From NCBI RefSeq assembly GCF_001457595.1, contig NZ_LN831039.1:4140001-4172000 (forward strand): 32,000 nucleotides of DNA, given 5' to 3'. The position numbers and the translations under genes were made by a program. This DNA comes from Mycolicibacterium smegmatis. Lineage in GTDB: Bacteria > Actinomycetota > Actinomycetes > Mycobacteriales > Mycobacteriaceae. Below the pieces are notes generated by a model, which saw nothing but the letters and a program-made list of their open reading frames with translations, was not told the origin of the DNA and searched no databases. Below are positions 8,612-17,529 of this stretch, one piece after another (the stretch's first letter is position 1; each line of letters begins with the position of its first letter).

Positions 8612-9757
8612 ATGCGCAGTTTGGCCTGTAGTCGCGCCGATACCAAGGTCCGTTGGCGGGCGTTGCTGCAGAATCTCGGCGACATGCTCGACGATCTCGC
8701 CGACGATTACCTGATGCGAGTGGACAGCGGCGCTCGGTTCTATGACAACGTGCCCTCTGAGGAAGATCTGCGCGACGCTGCCCGGCTTGCGTTCCGCTAT
8801 TTGCTCGACACCCTCCTGGAACGGCCGATGAGTCGCAGGCTCATCGAGTTTCCCGCCGCGGTCGGCTCTTTGCGCGCGACACAAGGCATAGCGCTGGAAA
8901 ATCTCACCGCAGCCGTTCGCACCGACTTCCTGGTCGCCTGGTCTGCACTCCTACGCCTCGCCGGTGAAGACGACATGGCCATCTTGGCGTTGCACGTCGA
9001 CGTGCTCTGGAAAACGGTCGACGACTTCACGATTCAGGTGCAGCGAGGGTACCTGGACCAGCGACTGGCGATGGCACGCACAAGCGCTCTGGAACAGCAA
9101 CACACCCTTTCGGACCTGTTTTGCCGTGAACCCGCACCGACCACAGTCCGGCGTGCCGCCCAGATCCTGGGACTCGAAGAGACAGCGACCTATTGGATCA
9201 TCGGCACACCCAGCGAGGAGGCTGGGCGTTCGGTGGCAAGGCGTCTGCTCAACAAGCACCTCACCCCCTTCGAGTACATCGACCGCGGGATAGCACTCAT
9301 CTTGGTGGCAGCCGATGGCCGCTGGGCCGACGACGAGGCAGTGGTGGCGGATGTGATGAGCGGCCTCGACGGCGCCGTAGCACCCCGATCGGTACCGCTG
9401 GCCGACGTGCATCGGGCCGCCGCGACAGTCCGCATGTTGGTTGACCTGGGCAAGAGCGGCGCGACCACACTGCTCCGTTCGTGGGTCCACCTGTCGATGG
9501 CCCAGTTGTCGGAGGTGATCGATGATCTGCGGGGCTACGTGCTGGATCCCCTGAGGAAGGTACACGATCGGGAACTGATCGTGGAGACCATCCAGACGTT
9601 CGCCGACAACGGATCGGTGGCCGATACGGCATCGGTGCTCTACTGCCACCGCAACACGGTCATGAACCGGATTCGACGCTTCGAGGAAGCCACCGGCATC
9701 AGCCTGCGAAGCCCGCGTTCTCTTGCGATGGTGCAATTGTGTCTACTGCCTGCCTGA
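8612..9757 (+). CDS. PucR-family transcriptional regulator (C-terminal PucR-type HTH)
   Basis: C-terminus 'TIQTFADNGSVADTASVLYCHRNTVMNRIRRFEEATGISL' is the PucR C-terminal HTH. The ORF-track start at 8069 overlaps hydA on the opposite strand, so the first plausible in-frame start after it is ATG 8612. That start has no SD and may be leaderless. Confidence 0.75.
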   Translation: MRSLACSRADTKVRWRALLQNLGDMLDDLADDYLMRVDSGARFYDNVPSEEDLRDAARLAFRYLLDTLLERPMSRRLIEFPAAVGSLRATQGIALENLTAAVRTDFLVAWSALLRLAGEDDMAILALHVDVLWKTVDDFTIQVQRGYLDQRLAMARTSALEQQHTLSDLFCREPAPTTVRRAAQILGLEETATYWIIGTPSEEAGRSVARRLLNKHLTPFEYIDRGIALILVAADGRWADDEAVVADVMSGLDGAVAPRSVPLADVHRAAATVRMLVDLGKSGATTLLRSWVHLSMAQLSEVIDDLRGYVLDPLRKVHDRELIVETIQTFADNGSVADTASVLYCHRNTVMNRIRRFEEATGISLRSPRSLAMVQLCLLPA

Positions 9758-9830
9758 TCAGTTGACCTGGTGGGTTCTGCGCATTGTCCGAGAGTCGTCG
9801 TGACAGGTGGACCGAAGAGTCGCGGTGGCA

Positions 9831-9978
9831 TCAGAGTGTCAGGACGAGTTTGCCCCGGGAGGTGCCCGACTTCCATGAGTCGATGCGCATCCGAAACACG
9901 TTCGAACAGAGAGGTTTCCTGCACATGGAAGTCCTCGCTGCGCTGGACCGCGACCAGCCTCGCCCCGTGGACGTCATC
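9831..9978 (-). pseudogene. C-terminal remnant of an MDR (quinone oxidoreductase / Zn-ADH superfamily) gene, frameshifted
   Basis: The minus-strand translation '...GARLVAVQRSEDFHVQETSLFERVSDAHRLMEVGHLPG' resembles an MDR C-terminus. After a 1-nt shift in the G/C run at about 9851-9857 it reads 'GKLVLTL*'. Only about 50 codons remain, abutting the AraC stop at 9993. Confidence 0.5.
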
Positions 9979-9992
9979 CGACTACTCACCGG

Positions 9993-10889
9993 TCAGTTTT
10001 GGTGTCGCTGCCGATACGCCGACGGGGATTGGCCGTGAACCTTCGCGAATTGACGTGAGAAGTACAGCGGATCGTTGAAGCCCGCGGCGCGAGCGACCGC
10101 CGCGATGGTGAGAGTGGTGGTGTCGAGGAGTTCGCGAGCGCGCGACATGCGCAGCTGCTGTTGAAACTCCAAGGGTCCGATACCTGTCCGCTGGCGAAAC
10201 AACGCGTTGAGGTGTGAGGTACTGAGGCCGACGATGGCCGCCAACGCCGCGACATCGGTGCGTCGCGGACTTGTTGAGCGCAGATGCTCCAAGGCCCTGT
10301 CCACAGGGTCTGCCTCACCTGTTGAACGCTGGCGGCCGGTGGCGGCGATGACGGTCAAGGCGTGCCAGGCGGCGCCGGCTGCGCCGATGAGACCGGCGGT
10401 GGTGCTGGCGTCCGCGAGCATGTCGATCACCTGCGAGATCAGGCTCGTCGCCGGTGCCGGATCGACGAGGTGAACCACCGGGCTGACTGGTGACACCCTG
10501 GCCGCGGCGATCAATTCTGCACTGTCGGAGCCCGTGACGTGCATCCACCACAAGGTCCACGGGTCTGACTCGGCTGCGCCGTACATGTGCGCCCGCCCTT
10601 TCGGTAGCAGTACCGCGTCGCCTACGCCGACGTCGAACGCCCCCTCCTCGGTGCGGCACCACCCGGCACCGGCTGTACACACCATGACCACGTGCTCGGT
10701 GGCCCCGCGAGACCGGGATCGCCCGTGACGGGTGGCCCGCGGAAAGAACCCGGCGTCGGTGACGAGCAGCCTGCGGGTGACCGGCGCACCCAGCGCGTGG
10801 TCCACGACCGGACGCGGTACCGCGAGCATCCGCTGCCCGACGAAGCCGTCAGCGATCCATGCTGCCGTTGATTCGTCCATAGAGCTCAT
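9993..10889 (-). CDS. AraC-family transcriptional regulator (N-terminal cupin-like sensor, C-terminal AraC HTH)
   Basis: C-terminus 'TDVAALAAIVGLSTSHLNALFRQRTGIGPLEFQQQLRMSRARELL...IAAVARAAGFNDPLYFSRQFAKVHGQSPSAYR' is a canonical AraC double HTH. Divergent from the ABC operon. Confidence 0.85.
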   Translation of the reverse strand: MSSMDESTAAWIADGFVGQRMLAVPRPVVDHALGAPVTRRLLVTDAGFFPRATRHGRSRSRGATEHVVMVCTAGAGWCRTEEGAFDVGVGDAVLLPKGRAHMYGAAESDPWTLWWMHVTGSDSAELIAAARVSPVSPVVHLVDPAPATSLISQVIDMLADASTTAGLIGAAGAAWHALTVIAATGRQRSTGEADPVDRALEHLRSTSPRRTDVAALAAIVGLSTSHLNALFRQRTGIGPLEFQQQLRMSRARELLDTTTLTIAAVARAAGFNDPLYFSRQFAKVHGQSPSAYRQRHQN

Positions 10890-11027
10890 AGCTATGACTA
10901 TGCTCTACAGCACAAATGAGGGATACCTTTCGACTCGTGTTCATCGAAAACGTGCTATCCGCTCCTGAGCGGCTCACGTGGTCGGCAAACTCTTCGAGAT
11001 GTTTTGCCGGTGACCCGCATTCGTAAC

Positions 11028-11045
11028 CGATGCCCGCGGGCATCG
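11028..11045. promoter_or_regulatory. perfect 18-bp palindrome CGATGCCCGCGGGCATCG in the AraC/ABC divergent region
   Basis: Read directly from the sequence. It lies 73-90 nt upstream of the binding-protein ATG (11118) and is either an operator or an RNA leader hairpin. A smaller palindrome, TGAGCgGCTCA, is at 10966-10976. Confidence 0.4.
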
Positions 11046-11117
11046 TTGATTTCTGTTGTTACGCAGAGGGTTTTGCGGATGTCGGGAGGAAGCCGACACA
11101 GGAGAATCGAGGTTGAC

Positions 11118-12107
11118 ATGCCGAGATCGCTGCGGCGGAGGGCGGTCCGGTTTGCGACGCTGATGCTGGTCGCGGCACTGGCCGTATCCGGTTGCTCACG
11201 CATCGGCGAGAACGGTCGCATCGCAGTGGTGTACCTGAACGCCGAGGGTTTCTATGCGGGGGTCAAGGTCGGGGTGAAGAAGGCCTTCGCCGACGCCGGC
11301 GACGCTCCCCAGCTGATCGAGACCAACGCGCGGTCCGATCCATCGCAGGAGAGCGCCTTCATCGATACGGTGAGCTCGGTGCAGGTCGACGCGCTGATCT
11401 TGTCGCCGACATCTGCCGACGCCTCGGTGCCGGCTGTCCGGCTTGCCCATGACAGTGGGATCCCGGTGATCTGCTACAACACGTGCGTCACCGAGTCTGA
11501 TGCCCGCAAGTACGTCGACTCCTGGATTCTCGGCTCCCCGCAGGAGTTCGGGCGTATCGGTGGTGAGCAGATGGGCAACTACTTCATCGAGAACGGCATC
11601 ACCCACCCCAAGGTTGCAGTGATCAACTGCGAGCAGTTCGAGGTGTGCATTCAGCGTCGACAGGGATTCGAGCAAGCTCTGACGAGTTTGGTGCCCGCCG
11701 CCGAGATCGTCGCCAATCAGCAGGGGTTGCTCGTGGACGAGGCCGTCGAGGCCTCCGAGCGGATCCTCACAGCCCACCCCGACCTGGACGCGTTCTACGG
11801 TGAAGCCGGATCCATGACGGTGGGTGCGGTACGTGCCGTGCAGGCCAGAAGGCTCACCGGCCGGGTCGTGGTCTTCGGCGGCGACATGTCCACGCAGATC
11901 GCTCAGATGCTGCAGGAGGGGTCGGTTCTCCGAGGCGTCGCCGACATCTCCGGCATCACCGTCGGTGAAATGGCAGCCGACGCGGCGCTGCGCCTCCTCA
12001 GAGGGCAGCGGTCTGAGAACCTCATCGTCGACGCTCCCGTCGATGCGTACGAGGGACCTGATGCGGGCACCCGTTGGCTGCGGGAACATCCCGACGGAAT
12101 CCCATGA
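11118..12107 (+). CDS. sugar ABC transporter substrate-binding lipoprotein (periplasmic-binding-protein type 1, ribose/xylose/arabinose-like)
   Basis: Signal peptide plus lipobox 'LVAALAVSGCS'. 'IAVVYLN...DALILSP...GIPVICYN' matches the PBP1 pattern. ATG 11118 is preceded by AGGAGA. Confidence 0.8.
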   Translation: MPRSLRRRAVRFATLMLVAALAVSGCSRIGENGRIAVVYLNAEGFYAGVKVGVKKAFADAGDAPQLIETNARSDPSQESAFIDTVSSVQVDALILSPTSADASVPAVRLAHDSGIPVICYNTCVTESDARKYVDSWILGSPQEFGRIGGEQMGNYFIENGITHPKVAVINCEQFEVCIQRRQGFEQALTSLVPAAEIVANQQGLLVDEAVEASERILTAHPDLDAFYGEAGSMTVGAVRAVQARRLTGRVVVFGGDMSTQIAQMLQEGSVLRGVADISGITVGEMAADAALRLLRGQRSENLIVDAPVDAYEGPDAGTRWLREHPDGIP

Positions 12108-12167
12108 CCTGGCCCGGATCCACTCCTGTGCAGCCAGATTCACCCTCGACCGATGAAAGGGCATCGA

Positions 12168-13679
12168 ATGTCCGCGAGCCGTTCTCTGGCAGCACCGCTG
12201 TTGAAAGTCGATGCCGTGACCAAGCGGTACATCGGCGTCACCGCCCTCACTGACGCCAGCCTTGCGGTGGGCGCCGGAGAGGTGCGTGCGCTCCTGGGCC
12301 GCAACGGTGCCGGGAAATCCACCCTTATCCGAATCCTGTCCGGCGTCGAGCAGGCCGACACGGGGACAGTGTCCATCGACGGCACGATTCTCGACGGTGG
12401 CGGGGTACGTCGTGCGAATGAACTGGGAGTTCAGACCGTACATCAGGAACTCAGCCTGGTGCCGGACATGACGGTCGCCGAGAACATGTTCGTCGGTGCG
12501 TGGCCGCGCAGCGGGGGCAAGATCGACTACGACGCGATGCGAGCCGAAGCATCCACGGTCATCGACCGCCTCGGTCTGGATATCGACCCTGATTCCCCCG
12601 TTGCGGCGTTGTCGCTGGCGACCCGCCAACTCGTCGAGATCTGCCGCGCGGTCCGCCGGCAACCGCGCGTGTTGATCCTCGACGAACCCACCAGCGCGCT
12701 GGCCGCGACGGAGGTGTCCATCGTGCTCGACACCGTGACCCGCATCGCCCAGACCGGTGTCGCCGTGATCTACGTCAGTCATCGCCTCGATGAAATACGC
12801 CGCATCGCCTCCAGCGCAACAATCCTGCGGGACGGTCGAGTCGTCGACACCGTCGAGATGGACACCACGGGTACCGATGCGATGATCGCCATGATGGTAG
12901 GCCCTGACCACCAAGCCCAGGAGCGGCCACCGCTGCGGGCCGTCGACCGCACCCGCACGCCGCTGCTGTCGGTACGCGACCTGCGCTTACCACCCAAGAT
13001 CGAGAAGGTCTCCTTCGATCTGTTCGCCGGTGAAGTGCTCGGCATTGCCGGTCTCATGGGATCGGGGCGTACCGAGGTACTCCGCGCCGTCGCCGGCTTC
13101 GACACCCCGGTGTCCGGCGAGATGACGCTCGATGGAAAGCCGATGCCGTGGAACGCACCTGCGGTGATGAAACGCAATGGCGTCGGGCTCACGCCCGAGG
13201 ACCGCAAGCACGACGCGATCGTGCCGTTGCTCGGTGTCGACGAGAACATGGTGCTGTCGGACTACACCAGGGTTCGCCACCACGGACCAATCTCGTTGCG
13301 TCGTATGCGCACAGCCGCCCAGTCGTTGATCGATCGGCTGCGCATCGAGACCGCCTCGCCGGTGACACCGATCGTCAACCTGTCCGGAGGCAACCAACAG
13401 AAGGCGATCATCGGACGCTGGCTACACGCCGACGCCTCGATCCTGCTGCTGGACGAACCCACCCGCGGGGTGGATGTGGCGGCGAAAGCCGGCATCTACG
13501 ACCTGGTGCGCGCGTTGGCGGATGCGGGCAAGGCAGTCATCTTCGTGTCCGGTGAGCTGGAGGAGCTACCGCTGGTGTGCGACCGAGTCATCACTGTCCA
13601 GGGCGGTCGGGTGACCGCCGAGTTCATCGGCGTCGACGTCACCGTCGACGCCGTCCTGTCCGCCGCGATGGCGGCGTGA
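12168..13679 (+). CDS. sugar ABC transporter ATP-binding protein (duplicated ABC domains, RbsA/MglA type)
   Basis: Walker A 'GRNGAGKST' and Walker B 'ILDEPTSAL'; the second domain has 'LSGGNQQK' and 'LLLDEPTRGVD'. ATG 12168 has a GAAAGGG SD; ATG 12153 is an alternative. Confidence 0.85.
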   Translation: MSASRSLAAPLLKVDAVTKRYIGVTALTDASLAVGAGEVRALLGRNGAGKSTLIRILSGVEQADTGTVSIDGTILDGGGVRRANELGVQTVHQELSLVPDMTVAENMFVGAWPRSGGKIDYDAMRAEASTVIDRLGLDIDPDSPVAALSLATRQLVEICRAVRRQPRVLILDEPTSALAATEVSIVLDTVTRIAQTGVAVIYVSHRLDEIRRIASSATILRDGRVVDTVEMDTTGTDAMIAMMVGPDHQAQERPPLRAVDRTRTPLLSVRDLRLPPKIEKVSFDLFAGEVLGIAGLMGSGRTEVLRAVAGFDTPVSGEMTLDGKPMPWNAPAVMKRNGVGLTPEDRKHDAIVPLLGVDENMVLSDYTRVRHHGPISLRRMRTAAQSLIDRLRIETASPVTPIVNLSGGNQQKAIIGRWLHADASILLLDEPTRGVDVAAKAGIYDLVRALADAGKAVIFVSGELEELPLVCDRVITVQGGRVTAEFIGVDVTVDAVLSAAMAA

Positions 13680-13701
13680 AACCCACAGGGAGACAGACGA
13701 T

Positions 13702-14706
13702 ATGAGCACATTACGGTCAGACGCCCACCCTGACGCCACACCGCGGGCCGCATCGCCGAGGTCGTACCGACTCAATGAGATCGGACTTCTGGTCGCGATC
13801 GTCGCGTTGTACATCGCGCTGAGCGCCTCAGCAGCCGGCTTCCTGACTGCCGGCAACCAGTTGGGCATCCTGCGCGACGCGGCAACGATCGGTATCGCCG
13901 CGTGGGGTGTCACGCTCGTGATCATCGCCGGGGACATCGACATCAGTATCGGTCCCGCAGTGGCGTTCTCATCGGTACTGGTCGCCAAGGGAAGTGCCCA
14001 ATGGGGACTCGGTATCGGCGGGGCCATCGTGTTGACCTTGGTCCTCGGCACGCTATGGGGTGCGGTGGCCGGTTATCTACGCGCCCGGTTCAATGTCCCC
14101 TCGTTCATCACCACGCTCGGCTTGTGGAGCATCCTCGGTGGCCTTGCCCTGTACATGACTGACGCGTTGCCGGTGGTGCTCCCGGCCAGCAGCATGATGG
14201 AGGTTCTCGGCGGCGACATTCTGGGTGTGCCCACGTCAGCGATCATCATGCTCGTCCTCTTCGCGGTTTTCGCATACGTTGCGAAGTTCACGGCCTACGG
14301 CCGATCGGTTTATGCCATCGGCGGCAACGCCGCGGCGGCGATGCTTGCAGGCATCAACCTCACCCGCACCCGCGTGATCCTGTTCGCCACCACCGGACTG
14401 CTCTCGGCAGTCACCGGCATCCTGGTTGCGGCGCGTCTCGGATCCGGCAACGGCGGCGCCGCGGGCGGACTCGAGTTCGATGTGATCGCGGCCGTGGTCA
14501 TCGGCGGCACCTTGCTCGCCGGCGGCCGGGGCAGCCTGGTCGGCACCCTTCTCGGGGTCGTGTTCATCACGGTCATCGCCAACGGACTGGTGTTACTCGG
14601 CATCGACTCCTTCCTGCAGGAGGTTGTGCGCGGCGTCATCATCGTCGGCGCAGTGCTGATCAACGTGATCATCGGTCGACGCCGGAATGCCACTCGCACC
14701 ACCTGA
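13702..14706 (+). CDS. sugar ABC transporter permease (RbsC/BPD type 2)
   Basis: Polytopic hydrophobic protein. 'GDIDISIGPAVAFSSV' and 'YAIGGNAAAAMLAGINL' are typical of ribose-type permeases. AGGGAGA SD. Confidence 0.85.
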   Translation: MSTLRSDAHPDATPRAASPRSYRLNEIGLLVAIVALYIALSASAAGFLTAGNQLGILRDAATIGIAAWGVTLVIIAGDIDISIGPAVAFSSVLVAKGSAQWGLGIGGAIVLTLVLGTLWGAVAGYLRARFNVPSFITTLGLWSILGGLALYMTDALPVVLPASSMMEVLGGDILGVPTSAIIMLVLFAVFAYVAKFTAYGRSVYAIGGNAAAAMLAGINLTRTRVILFATTGLLSAVTGILVAARLGSGNGGAAGGLEFDVIAAVVIGGTLLAGGRGSLVGTLLGVVFITVIANGLVLLGIDSFLQEVVRGVIIVGAVLINVIIGRRRNATRTT

Positions 14707-14750
14707 TTCCCCCGACTGACGTGACCACCGACCCGCAGACAGGAAATACC

Positions 14751-15833
14751 ATGAATCACACCACCATTCCCTCCACGATGGACGGTGTATACCTGCCCGG
14801 TGACTCCACCGCAGTACTGAAGCAATTCGACGTCCGCCCACCCGGGCCAGGGCAAGTGCTCCTCGAGATGGGCGCATCCGGCATCTGTGGCAGCGACATC
14901 GGATACATCTACCGCGGGTACAAGGGTTACCGCGGGATCGACGGACCCGCCTACCGAGGTGTGGTCGCAGGCCACGAGCCTGCCGGGCGCATTGTCGCCA
15001 CAGGAGAAGGAGTCACACGCTTCGGCGTGGGCGATCGGGTGCTGCTGTACCACATCGTGGGCTGCGGGCTGTGCGACAACTGCCGCCGCGGCTTCTACAT
15101 CAGCTGCAGTGGAGACCGGGCATCCTACGGGTGGCAGCGCGACGGCGGCCACGCCCGCTATGTGCTGGCCGAGGAACGTACCTGCATCCCCCTGCCCGAC
15201 GAATTGTCGTTCGTCGACGGCGCCCTGATCGCATGCGGGTTCGCCACCGCCTACGAAGGGCTGCGCCGCGCCGGCGTCAGCGGCGACCACGATCTGTTGG
15301 TGGTCGGTCTCGGCCCCGTCGGCCTGGCGGCCGGAATGATCGGCCGGGGCATGGGCGCTGCGACGGTGATCGGCGTCGAGCCCTCCACCACACGCCGCGA
15401 ATGGGCTGACAGCCTGGGAATTTTCGACGCCACCATCCCCGCGGGCCCCGACGCTCTGGACACGATCACAGAACTGACCCGCGGCGCCGGCGCCAGTGTC
15501 ACCATCGACTGCTCGGGAAGCCGCGCGGGGCGTTCGCTGGCACTGGAAGCCGCTGCCGAATGGGGCAACATCTCTCTGGTCGGCGAGGGCAACGATCTTC
15601 ATACGGAAGTGTCGGACACCCTGCTGCACAAGCAGTTGACCATTCACGCCTCCTGGGTCACCTCTCTGCCCACCATGAGTGAGCTGGCCACCAATCTCGT
15701 GCGGTGGAACCTGAAGCCGGAAACCGTCGTCAGCGATATCTTCCCGCTGTCGCAGGCCGCACGCGCCTACGAGTTGGCGGCAGGCACCAGCCGCGGCAAG
15801 GTGTGCCTGGTCCCGGATGGGAACGCCGCGTGA
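14751..15833 (+). CDS. Zn-dependent alcohol/polyol dehydrogenase (MDR, sorbitol/threonine dehydrogenase-like)
   Basis: 'GICGSD' and 'GHEPAG' form the catalytic Zn site, 'GCGLCDNCRRGFYISC' the structural Zn site, and 'VVGLGPVGL' the Rossmann motif. ATG 14751 has an AGGAA SD; GTG 14721 is an alternative start. Confidence 0.85.
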   Translation: MNHTTIPSTMDGVYLPGDSTAVLKQFDVRPPGPGQVLLEMGASGICGSDIGYIYRGYKGYRGIDGPAYRGVVAGHEPAGRIVATGEGVTRFGVGDRVLLYHIVGCGLCDNCRRGFYISCSGDRASYGWQRDGGHARYVLAEERTCIPLPDELSFVDGALIACGFATAYEGLRRAGVSGDHDLLVVGLGPVGLAAGMIGRGMGAATVIGVEPSTTRREWADSLGIFDATIPAGPDALDTITELTRGAGASVTIDCSGSRAGRSLALEAAAEWGNISLVGEGNDLHTEVSDTLLHKQLTIHASWVTSLPTMSELATNLVRWNLKPETVVSDIFPLSQAARAYELAAGTSRGKVCLVPDGNAA

Positions 15834-16783
15834 CGGTCTCCATCCCGCAGTCGTGGGTGACCCACGGCCATCACGATGTGTACTGGATCCGAACCGGCTC
15901 CCTCACTTTGGGTGTGGTGCCGGCGCTCGGCGGGCGGCTGCTCAGCCTGCGACTCGGTGAGCGAGAACTGCTGTGGCGCAACCCCGCACTGCTGGGCGAA
16001 GATCTGCAGCCAGTGGGCGGACACATTCCGGCACCGGTCAGCGGGCGCCTGGGCGACTGGTGCAATTACGGCGGGGACAAGACCTGGCCTGCCCCGCAGG
16101 GCTGGTCGTCACCGCAACAGTGGGCGGGGCCACCCGATCCCGTCCTCGACTCCGGCCACTACGCAGTCGATGTCTGCAGATGGGAGGCCACAACCGAACT
16201 CGCAGTCACCAGTCCGCCCGATCCGCGTACGGGATTACAGATAACCCGGACATTCACCGTCAACACCGACAGTGAATTCGTCATCCACCTGTCCGCGACC
16301 AATGTCACCGATCACGAGGTGACCTGGGCGCTGTGGAATGTGACCCAGCTGCCCGGCGGCGGAACCGTCGAAGTCGATGTGGAACATCGATTCACAGAAC
16401 CCATCGAGATCCTGGCCGGCACCGGTGTGCCGACCTGGCGCCGCAGCGGTCCGGACACCATCACCATCGACCCACAAGATGTCGTCGGCAAGCTGGGGTT
16501 CCCCTACGCCACCGGCAGGCTGCGATATCTACACCAAAATGTCACGCTCGCATGGGATTTCCCTGTCGATGAAGATGCGCCCTACCCGGATGAGGGTGCC
16601 CGGGCCGAGCTGTGGATGGAGCATCCGCAACCGGCGCCGCTGGCCAGTCTCGACGGGCTCGATCCCCCCGACCGCATCGTCGAGTGTGAAGTTCTTTCCG
16701 CGTCGCACACCTTGGCTCCGGGCAGTTCGATGACTTTTCCCGTGAAGCTCAGCGTCCACACCTCCCCTGGCGGTGGGCGGTGA
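15830..16783 (+). CDS. galactose-mutarotase-like fold protein (aldose-epimerase superfamily / DUF4380-like), function unknown
   Basis: 'GGRLLSLRL..RELLWRNP' and 'NYGGDKTWPAPQGW' resemble mutarotase-like DUF proteins; this is recognition from memory only. GTG 15830 overlaps the ADH stop (GTGA). Confidence 0.5.
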   Translation: MTVSIPQSWVTHGHHDVYWIRTGSLTLGVVPALGGRLLSLRLGERELLWRNPALLGEDLQPVGGHIPAPVSGRLGDWCNYGGDKTWPAPQGWSSPQQWAGPPDPVLDSGHYAVDVCRWEATTELAVTSPPDPRTGLQITRTFTVNTDSEFVIHLSATNVTDHEVTWALWNVTQLPGGGTVEVDVEHRFTEPIEILAGTGVPTWRRSGPDTITIDPQDVVGKLGFPYATGRLRYLHQNVTLAWDFPVDEDAPYPDEGARAELWMEHPQPAPLASLDGLDPPDRIVECEVLSASHTLAPGSSMTFPVKLSVHTSPGGGR

Positions 16784-17529
16784 TGACACAAGGGCGTGCA
16801 CGGGTCGCGGTGGTCACCGGCGCCGCTCGCGGCATCGGGGAGGCCACTGCACGACAGCTCCACGCCGACGGATTTGCGGTGGCTCTGATGGACCTCGCGC
16901 CCGAGGTCGGCGACCTGGCCCGCGAACTGTCAGGCGGTACAGGGAATGCGATCGGTATCCGCGGTGACGTCGCCGACCCGCGAGCATGGGCCGATGCCGC
17001 ATCGGCGGCGCGGACCTTGGGGAGTGTCAGCGTGCTCGTCTCCAACGCGATGACCGTCGACATCGCCTCCCTCGACGAGACATCCACGGCCAGCTGGCAC
17101 CGCCAGCTCGACGTGATGCTCACCGGCACATTCCACGGCGTCAAGACGTTCCTGCCCGACCTGCGCGCCGCACGCGGCTCGATCGTGCTGGTGTCTTCGG
17201 TGCACGCCATGTTCGGCCTGCCCGGCCGACCGGCATACGCTGCCGCCAAGGCTGGCCTCACCGGTCTCGGCCGTCAACTCGCCGCCGAGTACGGCCCGCA
17301 ACTGCGGGTCAACACAGTGTTGCCTGGCCCCATCTTGACCGCATCGTGGGACGGTATCGGAGAGCAGGACCGGCGCACCAGCGCGGCGGCCACGGCGCTG
17401 GGCCGGCTCGGCACTCCCCGGGAAGTCGCCTCCGTGATCTCATTCCTGGCGTCCGAGGCAAGCTCGTACATCACGGGTGCCAGCATTCCGGTGGACGGAG
17501 GCTGGAGCGTCACAAAGGATTCCTCATGA
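16783..17529 (+). CDS. SDR-family oxidoreductase
   Basis: 'VAVVTGAARGIGEA', 'SNAM', 'YAAAKAG' (YxxxK) and 'LPGPILT'. ATG 16783 overlaps the upstream TGA (TGATG); GTG 16780 is an alternative. Confidence 0.85.
   Translation: MTQGRARVAVVTGAARGIGEATARQLHADGFAVALMDLAPEVGDLARELSGGTGNAIGIRGDVADPRAWADAASAARTLGSVSVLVSNAMTVDIASLDETSTASWHRQLDVMLTGTFHGVKTFLPDLRAARGSIVLVSSVHAMFGLPGRPAYAAAKAGLTGLGRQLAAEYGPQLRVNTVLPGPILTASWDGIGEQDRRTSAAATALGRLGTPREVASVISFLASEASSYITGASIPVDGGWSVTKDSS

Noticed and set aside
9784-10038. 84-aa plus-strand ORF in the PucR1/AraC convergent gap
   Set aside because: It has no SD and no motifs, and it overlaps the AraC 3' end. The opposite strand of the same DNA is better explained as the MDR gene remnant.
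11196-12914. 572-aa ORF on the minus strand
   Set aside because: It runs antisense to the well-supported binding-protein and ATPase genes. The translation is Arg/Gly/Asp/His-rich with no recognisable motifs. Long spurious antisense ORFs are expected in GC-rich DNA because stop codons are rare.
14310-15647. 445-aa ORF on the minus strand
   Set aside because: It is antisense to the ABC permease and Zn-ADH genes. The composition is low-complexity Ala/Gly/Asp/Val with no motifs. GC-rich artefact.
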